This document shows positions 26,669 to 40,830 of a DNA stretch of 64,000 bases, piece after piece. Source of the DNA: Chrysomallon squamiferum (Eukaryota > Animalia > Mollusca); contig CM022674.1 in NCBI GenBank assembly GCA_012295275.1, positions 14,198,001 to 14,262,000 on the forward strand, given 5' to 3'. Under the pieces are notes generated by a model, which worked only from the letters and a program-made list of their open reading frames with translations, was not told the DNA's origin and did not search any database. The position numbers and the translations under genes are program-made. Within the stretch, counting starts at the first letter, position 1; each line of letters opens with the position of its first letter.

Positions 26669-27300
26669 TATTTTGGTTATCTAATTGAGAAATAATAATC
26701 TGTTAATATAAGTTATACAAAATAAACATATGTGTATAACAAGAATCCGTATTAGTGGAGATGTAGATTGTTTTGTTATTATTTTTATACTGAAGTGTCT
26801 TAGTGTCTTTTCAGTATGGCATCCATTAATATTATTATTATTATTGTTGTTGTTGTTTTTGTTGCTGTTGTTATTATTATTATTATAAAAGAATATTCTC
26901 CAAAACCAAAGCAGTAATTCGATAGTTAACCACGCCTTTCCTTCGTAAATCCTCAGTTTATTTCCGTCTTTTAGCCGCACCCGAAAACACTAAGTGAAAT
27001 TTATATGACGCTGAAATTATTGCTTTTTGCTTTTTCCTCTGTCAGAAATAAAACAAAAAAATACGATTGTTTGATCTCCACTGGGAATAAATATCTTTGC
27101 GACAGAGTAGAAATTACTTTGATTAAATGACACAAATAAATAAGCGAGAAAAAAATGGTATGAAAAGTAAAACCTACTTTTTATTTTCTTTATAAATTAT
27201 TTTAATATTATTATTTTTTATTTTTTATTTATTTATTATTTTTGTTTTATAGGCCCTGTCCAGACAAAGACGTTAAACTGGACGTTTTCGGTCCGCGCGT

Positions 27301-27345
27301 GAAATTACTTTCTAGAATTACTTTCTAGAATTACTTTCTAGAATT
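27301..27345. repeat. 13-bp tandem repeat, 3 copies
   Basis: AATTACTTTCTAG repeated three times. Confidence 0.85.
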
Positions 27346-27793
27346 GCCCAGAATAAAATAAATTGTTGCTCGAAGGAAATAACTTAATAACAATGATTAA
27401 TTATTGAAATAACACGATATGATTATGTACGATACGATACGATAACAGGACGATATTAAGTGAAATAACACGACAAAATAAAAATAAATAAAATGAATCT
27501 GAAGAAACCAAAGCAAGAAGGAACGAAGAAAAGCAAATAAAATGAAGTGAAAAACACTGTACGCAGTGAAACTAGGGGACTTTTCTTTGCTAATGATAAA
27601 GTTTGCATACAGTGTGAAAATCGCGGAGTTTTCTATAGTAAAACAAAACAGGACACGACTAAACGTCATTTACTGACACTCTTGTATTATTCGCAGTTAC
27701 TTACTGACATTTCTGACACTGACAGTGACTTTATATATAAAGACAGAGACATGCATTTACACATACAGAGACACACTCAGACTCTTTCATACA

Positions 27794-27893
<100 letters not shown>

Positions 27894-28127
27894 TTTCATA
27901 TTTGACAAATGTATCGTGGTTTATAAGAATTCTAAAATCACTGTACACTTTTAACTTCATCTTATTCTGACAACCTGTCTTGTTTCACACACAGATTTTA
28001 GGATTTCCACAGATAACCAAATAATCAGATAAACAGACGGACACAAATAGACAGAAAATGGATAGATCGATTTATTGACAGAATACATTATCTGTCTAAT
28101 TGTGTGTGGGTACAGTACTGTAAGTTT

Positions 28128-28131
<4 letters not shown>

Positions 28132-28215
<84 letters not shown>
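28132..28215. repeat. (CT)n microsatellite
   Basis: Direct reading of the sequence. Confidence 0.97.
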
Positions 28216-28218
<3 letters not shown>

Positions 28219-28304
28219 AGTTTTGTTTGAAGATAGTACACGATTTTACGGCTGTGACCACAATGGAAGAATCGCTGCTCGGATCGATTGTTTCCAGCCG
28301 AGCT

Positions 28305-30104
28305 GTGTTTAAATGTCAGCTTGTCCACCCCGCCTCTGTCAGCTCTAACACCCCGCCTCTGTCAGCTTGTCCACCCCGCCTCTGTCAGCTTGTCCGCCCC
28401 GCCTCTGTCAGCTTGTCCACCCCGCCTCTGTCAGCTTGTCCACCCCGCCTCTGTCAGCTTGTCCACCCCGCCTCTGTCAGCTTGTCCACCCCGCCTCTGT
28501 CAGCTTGTCCACCCCGCCTCTGTCAGCTTGTCCACCCCGCCTCTGTCAGCTTGTCCACCCCGTGTTTAAATGTCAGCTTGTCCACCCCGCCTCTGTCAGC
28601 TTGTCCACCCCGCCTCTGTCAGCTTGTCCACCCCGCCTCTGTCAGCTTGTCCACCCCGCCTCTGTCAGCTTGTCCACCTCGCCTCTGTCAGCTTGTCCAC
28701 CCCGCCTCTGTCAGCTTGTCCACCCGCCTCTGTCAGCTTGTCCACCCCGTGTTTAAATGTCAGCTTGTCCACCCTGCCTCTGTCAGCTTGTCCACCCCGC
28801 CTCTGTCAGCTTGTCACCCCTGCCTCTGTCAGCTTGTCCACCCCGCCTCTGTCAGCTTGTCCACCCCGTGTTTAAATGTCAGCTTGTCCACCCCGCCTCT
28901 GTCAGCTTGTCCACCCCGCCTCTGTCAGCTTGTCCACCCCGCCTCTGTCAGCTTGTCCACCCCGTGTTTAAATGTCAGCTTGTCCACCCTGCCTCTGTCA
29001 GCTTGTCCACCCTGCCTCTGTCAGCTTGTCCACCCCCTGTGTTTAAATAAGCTTGTCCACCCAGCCTCTGTCAGCTTGTCCACCCCGCCTCTGTCAGCTT
29101 GTCCACCCCGTGTTTAAATGTCAGCTTGTCCACCCCGTGTTTAAATGTCAGCTTGTCCACCCCGCCTCTGTCAGCTTGTCCACCCCGTGTTTAAATGTCA
29201 GCTTGTCCACCCCGCCTCTGTCAGCTTGTCCACCCCGTGTTTAAATGTCAGCTTGTCCACCCCGCCTCTGTCAGCTTGTCCACCCCGCCTCTGTCAGCTT
29301 GTCCACCCCGCCTCTGTCAGCTTGTCCACCCCGCCTCTGTCAGCTTGTCCACCTCGCCTCTGTCAGCTTGTCCACCCTGCCTCTGTCAGCTTGTCCACCC
29401 CTGCCCTGTCAGCCTTGTCCACCCCGTGTTTAAATGTCAGCTTGTCCACCCTGCCTCTGTCAGCTTGTCCACACCCCGCCTCTGTCAGCTTGTCACCCTG
29501 TTTAAATGTAAGCTTGTCCACCCCGCCTCCTCTTGTCCACCCTGTGTTTAAATGTCAGCTTGTCCACCCCGCCTCTGTCAGCTTGTCCACCCCGCCTCTG
29601 TCAGCTTGTCCACCCCGCCTCTGTCTTGTCCACCCTTTAAATGTCAGCTTGTCCACCCCGCCTCTGTCAGCTTGTCCACCCCGCCTCTGTCAGCTTGTCC
29701 ACCCCGTGTTTAAATGTCAGCTTGTCCACCCCGTGCCTAAATGTCAGCTTGTCCACCCCGCCTCTGTCAGCTTGTCCACCCCGTGTTTAAATGTCAGCTT
29801 GTCCACCCCGTGTTTAAATGTCAGCTTGTCCACCCCGCCTCTGTCAGCTTGTCCACCCGTGTTTAAAAGCTTGTCCACCCGCCTCTGTCAGCTTGTCCAC
29901 CCCTGTGTTTCTGTCAGCTTCTAACACCCGCCCTGTCTTGTCACCCCTTTAAATGTCAGCTTGTCCACCCCGCCTCTGTCAGCTTGTCCACCCCGCCTCT
30001 GTCAACTCTAACACCCCGCCTCTGTCAACTCTAACACCCCGCCTCTGTCAACTCTAACACCCCGCCTCTGTCAGCTTGTCCACCCCGCCTCTGTCAACTC
30101 TAAC
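28305..30104. repeat. GC-rich 23/27-bp minisatellite, roughly 75 copies
   Basis: Units TGTCAGCTTGTCCACCCCG-CCTC (23 bp) and TGTCAGCTTGTCCACCCCG-TGTTTAAA (27 bp) interspersed. Confidence 0.97.
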
Positions 30105-30115
30105 GTGACCGCGGG

Positions 30116-30312
30116 AACAAAGAAGCAGAAGAAGAAGAAGAAAACCAACCAGTTTTGTATACGAGTTTAATTATGAACTGTAGCAGTTATTTCCATAGCT
30201 AATTACCACTAATTGTTTGTTGTTATTCCCAACAGAAGAAGAAGAACATGAAAAACCAAAGTTTTGATTTACGAGTTTAGATGTCGGTGAACTGTAGCAG
30301 TTATTTCCATTA
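30116..30312. repeat. Diverged two-copy tandem duplication, period ~114 bp
   Basis: TGAACTGTAGCAGTTATTTCCAT at 30174 and 30288; TACGAGTTTA and (GAA)n are also present in both copies. Confidence 0.8.
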
Positions 30313-30359
30313 ATTTAATTGTTTATTGTTATTTAAAATCTTATTTATTACTGTTGTCG

Positions 30360-30360
<1 letters not shown>

Positions 30361-30442
<82 letters not shown>
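30361..30442. repeat. (TTA)n microsatellite
   Basis: Direct reading of the sequence. Confidence 0.97.
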
Positions 30443-30443
<1 letters not shown>

Positions 30444-31748
30444 AACGTTTTACAGTGAGATACACTTAGTCCACAGTCCACTAAGTGATAAGTCGGAGTC
30501 TGGTTCTGTGAAATGTTTCTGTCACGTGTTAATTTAGTGTCACACATAAAAATGGATCTGCCGTGAAGCGGGCGTCGTGTTTTGTTTGATGTGCACCGAA
30601 GCGGTCCATCGACCACGTCAACGACGCTGTAATTGCTTCCTCGTAGACCTGCTAGGACTGATGGGATATTCTCAGTTGTATAGATACTAAAAAGCGTTTA
30701 TAAATACTGTAACCATATAAATTAGACACGTTCAGCTACTGTTGTTGTTGTTGTTGTTGTTGTTGTGATTGTTATTGTTCTGCTTTATCTTCTTTTTCGT
30801 TTCTTTTTCTTGATTAATTAATTATTTATTAAAAACAATATAGACAATAAGAGCGGAAACCCGCTGACACAATGTGATGGAAAGTCTTTTAGAATGACGT
30901 TCATTTCTTTTTTTGGCACCAACTATTTTGTCATACATGAGGTCGACATTTCTTGTGTTTTATGAAATGAACATTGTTAAGTTTATTCAGCACTGGTTTC
31001 TTATATCAGCAGTTCAGTTTTTGTTGTAGTATGTTAGGGAGTTGATTATGAATATGTAACTGAAGCAATCGTTGCTTGAATTAACCATGAGTACCAGCCG
31101 AGGCGGGGGTTCGATCCCCTTAATCTTCACTTACAAAGTTTTTACAGCACAAACACTAGAAATACGTAATTCATATCTCTGTTGTCATATTAACAATCAC
31201 GTGACGAAACACACCACGCGTTTCCACGTCAAACTGTCAACTAGTCGATAAGTTACGTCACGTTGTAATCTCATGTTACGTCACACTGGTGTTAATGTAC
31301 AGCCTGTCTAGGTAGTGTTATCAGGTACACGAACATTAAACACTGTGTAATAGGTTAACGTAGTAGTAAAACCTCTACGTATGCACATATGTATGTAATA
31401 TGTATGTAGTGTGTGCCCATGTATGTATCTATGTATGTAGTGTGTGCCGTATGTATGTATCTATGTATGTACATATGTATGTAGTATGTATCTGTGTATG
31501 AGTCTGCGTATATTTATACTTAGGTAAGAATATTCTCTGTCTTTTTAGACTGCACATAGACAGTATTTGGAAACGCTCTGACACAGGAGGACAAAGACAT
31601 CACACATCCCGCTAGATGTCGCTGAAGAGACACATTCGCCATGCTTCGTTTGTTGAACGACGATACGGTTCGGCTGTCACAAGTTAAAAACTGAAGTTGC
31701 TCATTAAGCGAACGTATCCATTGCTTCCCACGAATAGCATGCCGTCTT

Positions 31749-32295
31749 TGTATGTGTGTGTATGTATGTGTGTATGTGTATATGTGTGTATGTGTGTATG
31801 TATGTATGTATGTATGTGTGTGTGTATGTATGTGTGTGTATGTGTGTATGTATGTATGTATGTATGTTTGTATGCATGTATGTGTGTGTTTGTATATATG
31901 TATCTATGTATGTATGTGTGTATGTGTATATGTGTGTATGTATGTATGTATGTATGTATGTATGTGTGTATGTATGTGTGTGTATGTATGTATGTATATT
32001 TGTATGTTTGTATGTATGTATGTGTGTATGTGTATGTATGTATGTGCATTTGTATGTATGTATGTATGTATGCATTTGTATGTATTATGTATGTATGTAT
32101 ATATGTATGTTTGTGTATGTATGTATGTATGTGTGTGTGTTTATATATATGCATGCATGTATGTATGTATGTATGTGTATACATACATATGTTTATACGT
32201 ATGTACACAGATACACACACATACATGTATATGTATGTATATATGTATGTATGTATGTATATATGTATGTAATTATGTATGTATGTATTTATATA
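31749..32295. repeat. (TATG)n/(TG)n compound microsatellite
   Basis: Direct reading of the sequence. Confidence 0.95.
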
Positions 32296-33419
32296 TGAAA
32301 TTATTTTGTTAGTTTGCACTTTTAAACAGAAATGTATACACATTTCTTTTTATTTGTACTGAAACCTATTTTTTATTGAATGTTACATCAGTAATGACTT
32401 TATCATCCTAGAATAGACTCAGATGTAAAATAATATCTCTAATACTTGTGTATAGCGTTTCAGTTTGAAATGTTTCTCTCTATAAAAAACATTAAATCGT
32501 TATCATAGACTGTCAGTTCCGAGATGTAATTAATATGAAATGATGAAAAGATCTAAATACAGAAACCAAAGACAGAACAGTTTAGTCATTTTAGGTATTA
32601 TTGTTGTCATTGTTACTACTGTTATTATTATTATTATTATTACTACTATTGTTGTTGTTTTTGTTATTGCTGTTGTTGTTGTGGCTTTACATGGATGAAG
32701 AAGAGAAAATGCAAGTACGTATAAAGGTTGGATAAAAATAACGAGAAAATGAGAGAGGAGCTGAAACTGGGTGACAGATACAAAGTAAGATGTTTGAAGA
32801 CTTGACGAGGACAGGTTCGTTACAACGATTCAATAGTCACAGGAAGACAGAAGCACTCGAGTGATGTGCAAATCAAACAGAGAAAAGATAAAGAGATAAA
32901 CAAACAAACAAGATCAATGATTTATATCTGAATTCTTACTTTCTATTTCAGCATCCATTAGCGATCACCATGGTGACACCGACGTCACAGATGACGTATC
33001 AGAGATCTCAAATAACCAATAATACCTGTCGCTTCCCCCCTTCTGGTCATTAATATAATGAGTAAATCTTTGTCGTTGGTAACAAGTAAGTAATTAACAC
33101 TGGAAGATGATCTGGCTCGCATGATGTGTATCAGTTCGTAATAACGTGATGACAGGCGGGTTTCCAGATTACAGGATCGATCCGACGACCTCTCATTCGT
33201 CACGTTGCAGAGGCTGGTTGTCACGTCGTACATGCTGGTTGTAGCTGGTTGTCAATTCTCGCGTCTGCTCTAACCAGATAGCGTAAAACTGTCAAGTGAG
33301 ATATGACAGCGAGTGTATCAAATGACAGACTCAGTGTTTTTCTAACTGATTTACAGAACTCGCTCACGTCTGACGCAAATTCTGTTTCTTCAGGTGAAAG
33401 TCAACACAGAAAACAGTTC

Positions 33420-33592
<173 letters not shown>

Positions 33593-34199
33593 AAAGAACA
33601 GACAAAAAGAAGCTATGGAAAACAGACAGAGAGAGAGAAAACAGACAAATAAAAAAACATGTAATTTCTCAATACAAAAATCTCGTATAAAAATTTGTAA
33701 TCGAGATTTGACAGATATAACGAGTTTGACAAGTTCTCTGCTAGCTGATGAATAATACATCTGAAAACATTTAGCGCGACTGTCGCCGAGGCCAGGGTTC
33801 AGAGCCTGACGAGATAAGACAAACCACAGGCGTGTTAAATGTTCTGTCGTCTGATTCGTCAGAGAAAATCTGCTGTAATCTATATTTACAAAACGTTACT
33901 TAGGAATAGTGGGTTTTGTAGGCATTTCAATATAATCGATATGTTTTTTGTTTTTGTTTTGTCAAAACTGACGGTCTCTAAGATTACCAGTTGTTGTTAT
34001 TTTTGTGGGGTTTCTTTTATGTTGTTGTTTGTCTTTCTTTTTCTTTCTTTTCCTTTCTTTTTTTCTGATGTGTTTCAGTGGTGAAACCAGAGTGTATTAG
34101 CTATCACCGCTTGATCGCGAGTTTTGATGCTGTTTCTAAAACACTTCATTTACAGATACACAGCACTGATCAGCCTTTCTTGGTACAACTTTATAAATA

Positions 34200-34200
<1 letters not shown>

Positions 34201-34271
<71 letters not shown>

Positions 34272-34548
34272 GGTGTAATTTTCTACTTAAATATCTGCAC
34301 TTACTCTCACTTATATACCTACGTAAATACACAAGATTTAGTACTAATTCAAAAATATACGCTCATGCATCCACATGTGCACATGTAAACATAACTACGC
34401 TAGCATACACACACACACACATACACACACATACACACACATACACACACACATACACACACACACACACACATACACACACATACACACACATACACAC
34501 ACATACACACACATACACACACATACACACATACACACACATACACAC
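34201..34548. repeat. (GT)n run (34201-34270) facing a (CA/CATA)n run (34404-34548)
   Basis: Direct reading of the sequence. Confidence 0.93.
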
Positions 34549-35929
34549 AGTCGTGGAGAAACATATAAATATTTGATACGTTTAATACCATCACAACAAA
34601 ATGGTGCATCGTTAAAAAAAACTGAAAATATTAATTGAGTTACCTTTTCATAATTATCTACCATAAATTTATCACTTACAAATCTCAGTGGATTTAATTA
34701 TAAACAAATTAAGAGTCAGTTAATTTCTTTTATTCCCACCTTCCCAACTTTTAATGACGTACATCAATCGTTGTTTTATTCAGTAGAGCCGAACAGCGTT
34801 TCGGAAATATACGAATATATCCGAACTAATCATAAGTACTTCCGAAGTATTCCGAAGGGCTTAACACGTTATAATTTAGGTGTTAAAATGTCAGGAATCG
34901 TTGCATTTCTTTTCTAGAGAAATAATAAGTTGTGTTCTCTAGAGAATTTTACGTCTCTCTGTAAAAAAGAAGTTCTGACAGATGAATGTCAAAAGGGTTG
35001 TTGTTGGTCAGAAAAATGTTTAAGATATTAAAAAATTCATGAAAAACTGAGCGAGTTGAGCCGGGGGTTAAATAGTTGTGACAAAAATACTGGCACGTGC
35101 AGTGACGAAGAAGTCACGAACTCACTCGACAATTCAAATCTATTTATTCTGTATGTAAAGACTCACGCAAAAGCTAACACAAACACACATACGTGCGCGC
35201 GCGCGTATATATACATACACATAATTATATAAAGAAAAAGAAATATACATATATACTTATATAGACACATATACATACATGTATAAACACGAATATATAT
35301 ACACACACATACATACGTACTAATATTCATGCAAACAGAAATACAGACTGAATGAAAGATACATTTTTAGCATTACAGACTGGCAATAATAAAATCAGAG
35401 ATGAAATATATAACACTAAAAAAATATCTTTATGCGAAAATAAGTATGAAGCTGACACACACGCGCGCACATACAGACACACAGACACACACATATATAT
35501 ATATATATATCGCAGACAGACAGACATCCACGGACACACACTCATACTAAAAGATATTTAGGTTAAAGAGGACTGAAAACGTATGGAATATCAACTTTAT
35601 TATCTTTGTCTAAACACATTATTTAAAATATCACACAATAATATTATACATCTGTTTAGTTTTGAAATATCTCGTGAAGACAATTAATGGATTTACCTAT
35701 AACCTTTGCTGCAGCTAATTAATTATGATTCAAACGGCTGAATGCTTTGTTTGAATGAAGAACAGCGGAACCATTCAACATCCGGTTTACGCTGCGACGA
35801 TGTCGGATATCCGGTTTGAACACAGAATGTCAGATTTAATCTAAATGTTACTGGTAGAACGATTTATGTGTTTGTTTCTAAATTACTACGTTTTTGGTTG
35901 GTGTCATTTCGGGAATCAGTTAACATTAA

Positions 35930-36070
35930 AAACATAAAAATATAAATAATATTGTACTAAAACAACGGATTATATTTCAACTATTATTTTTTTTTACTTC
36001 ACTTTTATTGTGAAGTGCGAATTGATAATGAATATTCTCTGTCTTATGTACATCTGATTAGATTTTGTGT
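35930..36070 (+). repeat. Left arm of an inverted repeat pair; dispersed repeat copy
   Basis: AAACATAAAAATATAAATAATATTGTACTAA...ACGGATTATATTTCAACTATTA...GAATATTCTCTGTCTTATGTACATCTGATTAGATTTTGTGT matches the reverse complement of 39119-39247 apart from an 11-nt indel and scattered mismatches. Confidence 0.9.
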
Positions 36071-36184
36071 GATCAAAGGTGCATGGACCCACTCACATGA
36101 AAACAGACCACAGAAAAAGTCTTCGTCAAAATAGCCAGTTGTTTCTAATAATGTTAAATTATTTCTATCGTTCAGAAAAGCACT

Positions 36185-36227
<43 letters not shown>

Positions 36228-36455
36228 TGTGTTATAACTGTTCGTGCAGTTTAGTCACGTGATGATGTTTTTCAGTTTTGTTTTTTATTTTGTTACGCCT
36301 CAGATATATAAAACAAACTGAACGGAAAGCGCCATCGGCTTCATTTAACACAATTCTCTCCTGATGTCCTTTTAATTAAGATTATCTTCTACATTTGTCA
36401 GACTCTGCAAAGTGTAAGAACGCCAAGTCGTGTGATTTAGCAAGTTTCATTTATT

Positions 36456-36637
<182 letters not shown>

Positions 36638-37231
36638 GGGCAAAGGGTGAGAAAGTAAAATATATTGCTTATTAGTTCTATCTAATTTTAATTTGTTTTA
36701 TTCAGGATTGTAGTAAGAAGTTAAGTTTATAATCACACACACTCTGCAGACAGCAAGCAGCCTCTCAGTGTTACAGTCTCTTCTCAATACAAGCTACGTT
36801 TAAAACGTCTTGTCACAACTAAATCAGTGAAAATAAGGCTCAGGGCGAACAAGTCACGTCTCAGAATTGTCTTTTATTTAATAACTCATTGTCGAGCGTT
36901 TTCACAACGACATCGCCACAACCACATCGTCACAACGTCCGAAAAAGGTGGAATTTTGCGAGGCTTTTGTTGCTCGTATTGACCTGTCGTGATGGACGAG
37001 CTTCTCTCCTTTGAGACAGTCACGTGACGGGCAGAGTCTGCGACAGCTGAAAAGAAAAGACAGAAAAAAAAGTTTACGAGAAACTGGTTTATGTCACGTT
37101 TCTCGATCAATCGGTGAAAAGAATTAAATGATGAATAACAGTGAAACTCTAATTCAATAAATTGTAGTATTAGAAATATTAACCGTCTGTTTGTCTGCCC
37201 AGTGTCTGTCTGTCTCTCTGTTTATGTTTAG

Positions 37232-37263
<32 letters not shown>

Positions 37264-38954
37264 TTATCTACCTTTATACCTACCTATCGACCTATCTATG
37301 CACTGTCTACCTGTTCACTAATATACCTGCCTAACTTTCTGTTTGTATCTCCATTTGTGTCTCTCAGTTGGGTTCTGCCCTCGTTTTTTCTCGCTTTATC
37401 TCGTTCTCTCTCTGCTACAAAATCGCGTTCCTCGCTGTATAATCCCCACTCCGTGCTAATCCCCGCACCGCGACGCGAGCCTGCGTCTCTGCTGCACCAT
37501 TAACAAGCTTGGAGAAAACACAAATAATTAACATTTAGTGAAAATCCGGTTTAAGTTACGACGCCTCAGTTTGTTTATGATGATGCAGCTTAGCGCCGAA
37601 ACGTCATCACAATAAATCTAAGCTGTGCATTTTCACGTTTCATACACATTTATCTCACAGTTACTCTGGGCGTGATTAATTTAAAAGGAAAAAGTACAAA
37701 TATCGCGAAAGGAGAAATCCTGATAACAGAAGTGAGAGAAATTTGAAGTATGAGAAACAGATAAATGAAAATACTGGAAGAAAGCATCATCAGTGAAATG
37801 ATAATAATACTATCACCATAATCATTTGTTTATCATCATCATCATCATCATATTCATGCCGTCATCATCATCATCATTGTTGTTGTTAGTATTTACTATT
37901 AGTTTTGGTGTAATTAATTTTAAAAGGATTTAGATCCACTTTTTGTTAAAAGTGAATTTGATTCAGTGACTGATAATAATTAACTGTTACTTGGTGATGA
38001 CAAAACTAATCAGTTGTGAAGTCTGCCACGTAAAAAACCGCTGAATTTTCATTCACAATGCAAAAGGGTTTACATTCTTTTCAGGTTATTTATTTATTTA
38101 CTTTTATTTATTTTATTTATTTATTTCCTTCTTTTATTTTGTTTTATTTTATTTTATCTTATTTTATTATTATTTTTTTGGTTTGAGTGATTTTCTGCGT
38201 TTTCTTCAAATATAATAACTAGTATGTAAAAAATTTTTGTAGACGAAATTACCGGAGTTTCTACTTACGCAGTTTTGCTATAAACTCAAAGTTTAAACAG
38301 ATGCACACATCAATCAAACTTTGTCTGACGCGTTAATGTGATCTGTCTCTCTGTCTGTGTGATGTCTGTTGTCACTGGAAAGGTATAAAGCATTATGTAC
38401 TGCTTGGGGTTAAAGGGAAGGTGTAAAGATTGTCTGAAATGTCTTTGTTAGGTTCTCATTGTGTTAGTGAAACTGATATTTCAGTTTGTGGGGCGATAAA
38501 ATGAAATGAGCAGAATTTTGACTTTTTCAAAGAGAGAATGAAAGAGAAGAAAAAAAAAATGTAATGATATCAAGATTTAAAAGTACTAAATTTCGAAATT
38601 AAAGATGGCTGACGTTACCATGGTTAAAAAGACACAAAGATGTAAATCACAGGGTCTGCGGAGGGATCGCTACAAGTGAAGCACACAGCGAGACACAAAC
38701 ACGAGTTCTGATAATTTACGTCAGCAGTTCACCAGTTTGCACCACCAGAACCGCTTTTTTGTTTAATTTTCGACGATTTTGACAAATCTGTCTACACAAC
38801 AAGTAGATTTTATTAACAAGAAAAAACCTGTTTAATCCAGTTTAATCTAGCAAAGCAAACAAAACAAAACTACACGAAAAGAATGAAAAAATAAAATAAA
38901 ATAAAATAAAATAAAGCAAACAGCCAAAAAAAGACACAAATATACATTTATTTG

Positions 38955-38957
38955 TAT

Positions 38958-39018
<61 letters not shown>

Positions 39019-39030
39019 AGAGAGAGAGAA
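38955..39030. repeat. (GT)n(GA)n microsatellite
   Basis: Direct reading of the sequence. Confidence 0.93.
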
Positions 39031-39118
39031 GAAAAGAGTATATGCAAGCATACCAGTAAATCAATCCATACTGCTATAAATGTCTAGTTATACCAGCTAA
39101 CATGATGTATTGGATATT

Positions 39119-39247
39119 ACACAAAATCTAATCAGATGTACATACGACAGAGAATATTCGCAGTTCAAAATAAAAGTATAAAGAAAAAAATAATAGTTGA
39201 AATATAATCCGTTTTATTAGTACAATATTATTTATATTTTTATGTTT
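39119..39247 (-). repeat. Right arm of the inverted repeat pair; dispersed repeat copy
   Basis: ACACAAAATCTAATCAGATGTACATACGACAGAGAATATTC...TAATAGTTGAAATATAATCCGT...TTAGTACAATATTATTTATATTTTTATGTTT is the reverse complement of 35930-36070. Confidence 0.9.
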
Positions 39248-39248
39248 A

Positions 39249-39598
39249 GTATTTACTGTTTAGCTAACATGATGTATTTACCGTTTAGCTAACATGATGT
39301 ATTTACCGTTTAGCTAACATGATGTATTTACCGTTTAGCTAACATGATGTATTTACTGTTTAGCTAACATGATGTATTTACTGTTTAGCTAACATGATGT
39401 ATTTACTGTTTAGCTAACATGATGTATCTAGTGTTTAGCTAACATGATGTATTGACTGTTTAGCTAACATGATGTATTGACTGTTTAGCTAACATGATGT
39501 ATCTACTGTTTAGCTAACATGATGTATTGACTGTTTAGCTAACATGATGTATTTACTGTTTAGCTAACATGATGTATTTACTGTTTAGCTAACATGAT
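39249..39598. repeat. 25-bp minisatellite, 14 copies
   Basis: Unit GTATTTACTGTTTAGCTAACATGAT; TAGCTAACAT at 39261 and 39286. Confidence 0.97.
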
Positions 39599-40830
39599 TT
39601 TCATTTGTGCGGAATGACATTTGCTTCGTATCCAAATATCCGTATCCGTGTAAGTACTGGTCCGTGTTCCTGTCCGGTCGTTTGCTCTCGAGTGAAGATG
39701 GCGATTAGGAAACGATTAAAGTAAAAGTCTATCAGTTGTTGTTGTGACACGTGTCTGTGAAACATGTTAGATCGGCAGCTCTTTTATTTGCAGTTGGTCT
39801 GTGCGTTTGTGCGTGTGTGTATGTGTGTGTGTTAGAGATTAAGAGAGAGAGACTGATATAGAGAGAAAGAGAAACACAGAGTGAGAGACAAACAAAGGGA
39901 GAGAAAGAGAGATAAGGAAATCTGAAGAAGATATAAAAGAAAGTCACGTTTATTTACTTGTTCAAACGTGGGTCTAGAAAATCTCTGACATCAAAGACTG
40001 AATTGCGAAGTAATTAGTAATCAAACCCAGCTGAAGATTTTAATGAAGAGTTGTTATTAGATGTGAGTAATGGCAAAAAAGAAAAATACAAAAAATGTAG
40101 ATTCATTTTGAGAAAAAGTCTCTTTGTGAGAAAATCTATTATTTTCTTTTTCTTTTTTTTTTTTTTTTTTTTCTCTTTTTCTTTTTCTTCAACTCAGTTT
40201 TATGAGCTGATCTTTTTTAGTCTTATTTTTTTCCTCTTTATTTGTTATTTATTGCTGTGTAAGTTCCTGAAAGACACTGAAGACGTTTAGGATCTGATTT
40301 TATTACATTATAGTTTTAATGACTCGTTATTTTTTCTTCTTTTATTTATTTATTTGTTTGTTTGTTTGTTTGTTTGTTTGTTTGTTTGTTTGTTTGTTTA
40401 TTTGTTTATTTCTGTTACTGTTATTTTTTTCTGAATGACATTTATTTGAAAATCTGAGGAAGTATGTTGTATATTTTTGGTCCTTAATAAACGAGTGTAG
40501 GAGAACGAGTTAGAACGGGAATAGCTCATCAGATTATAATTATAACGGAAATAGTAAGCCACAGTTATGACGTTTCCCAAAATTACTCATCTAAAACAAA
40601 AACAATAAAAAAGAAAAAAAGAATGAATGAAAGAAAGAAAGAAAGAAAGAAAGAAAGACAAATAAAAGACCTAAAGAAAGAAAGACAAAAAGAAAGAAAG
40701 ACAAATGATTGCTAAAAAGGACCTAAAGAAACCTCTTTAAAGTCTAAAGAAAAACCCCCCAAAAACGTTTTTTTCTTTTTTTTTTTTTTTTTTTTTCTTT
40801 TTTTTTTGGAGAAATTACAGAGCATTTTCT

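Noticed and set aside
28104-29924. Overlapping ORFs with PPLSACPPRLCQLVHPASVSLST repeats
   Set aside because: The 23-bp unit is not a multiple of three, the same peptide appears in all plus frames, and the 27-bp variant introduces stops; these are minisatellite translations.
31105-31120. tRNA gene suggested by a perfect B-box and T-arm
   Set aside because: No acceptor stem, D-arm or properly spaced A-box; at most a SINE relic.
32952-33085. Exon candidate between a good acceptor (ttctatttcag) and donor (gtaagt)
   Set aside because: All three frames contain stops; it could only be non-coding or terminal, and nothing else supports it.
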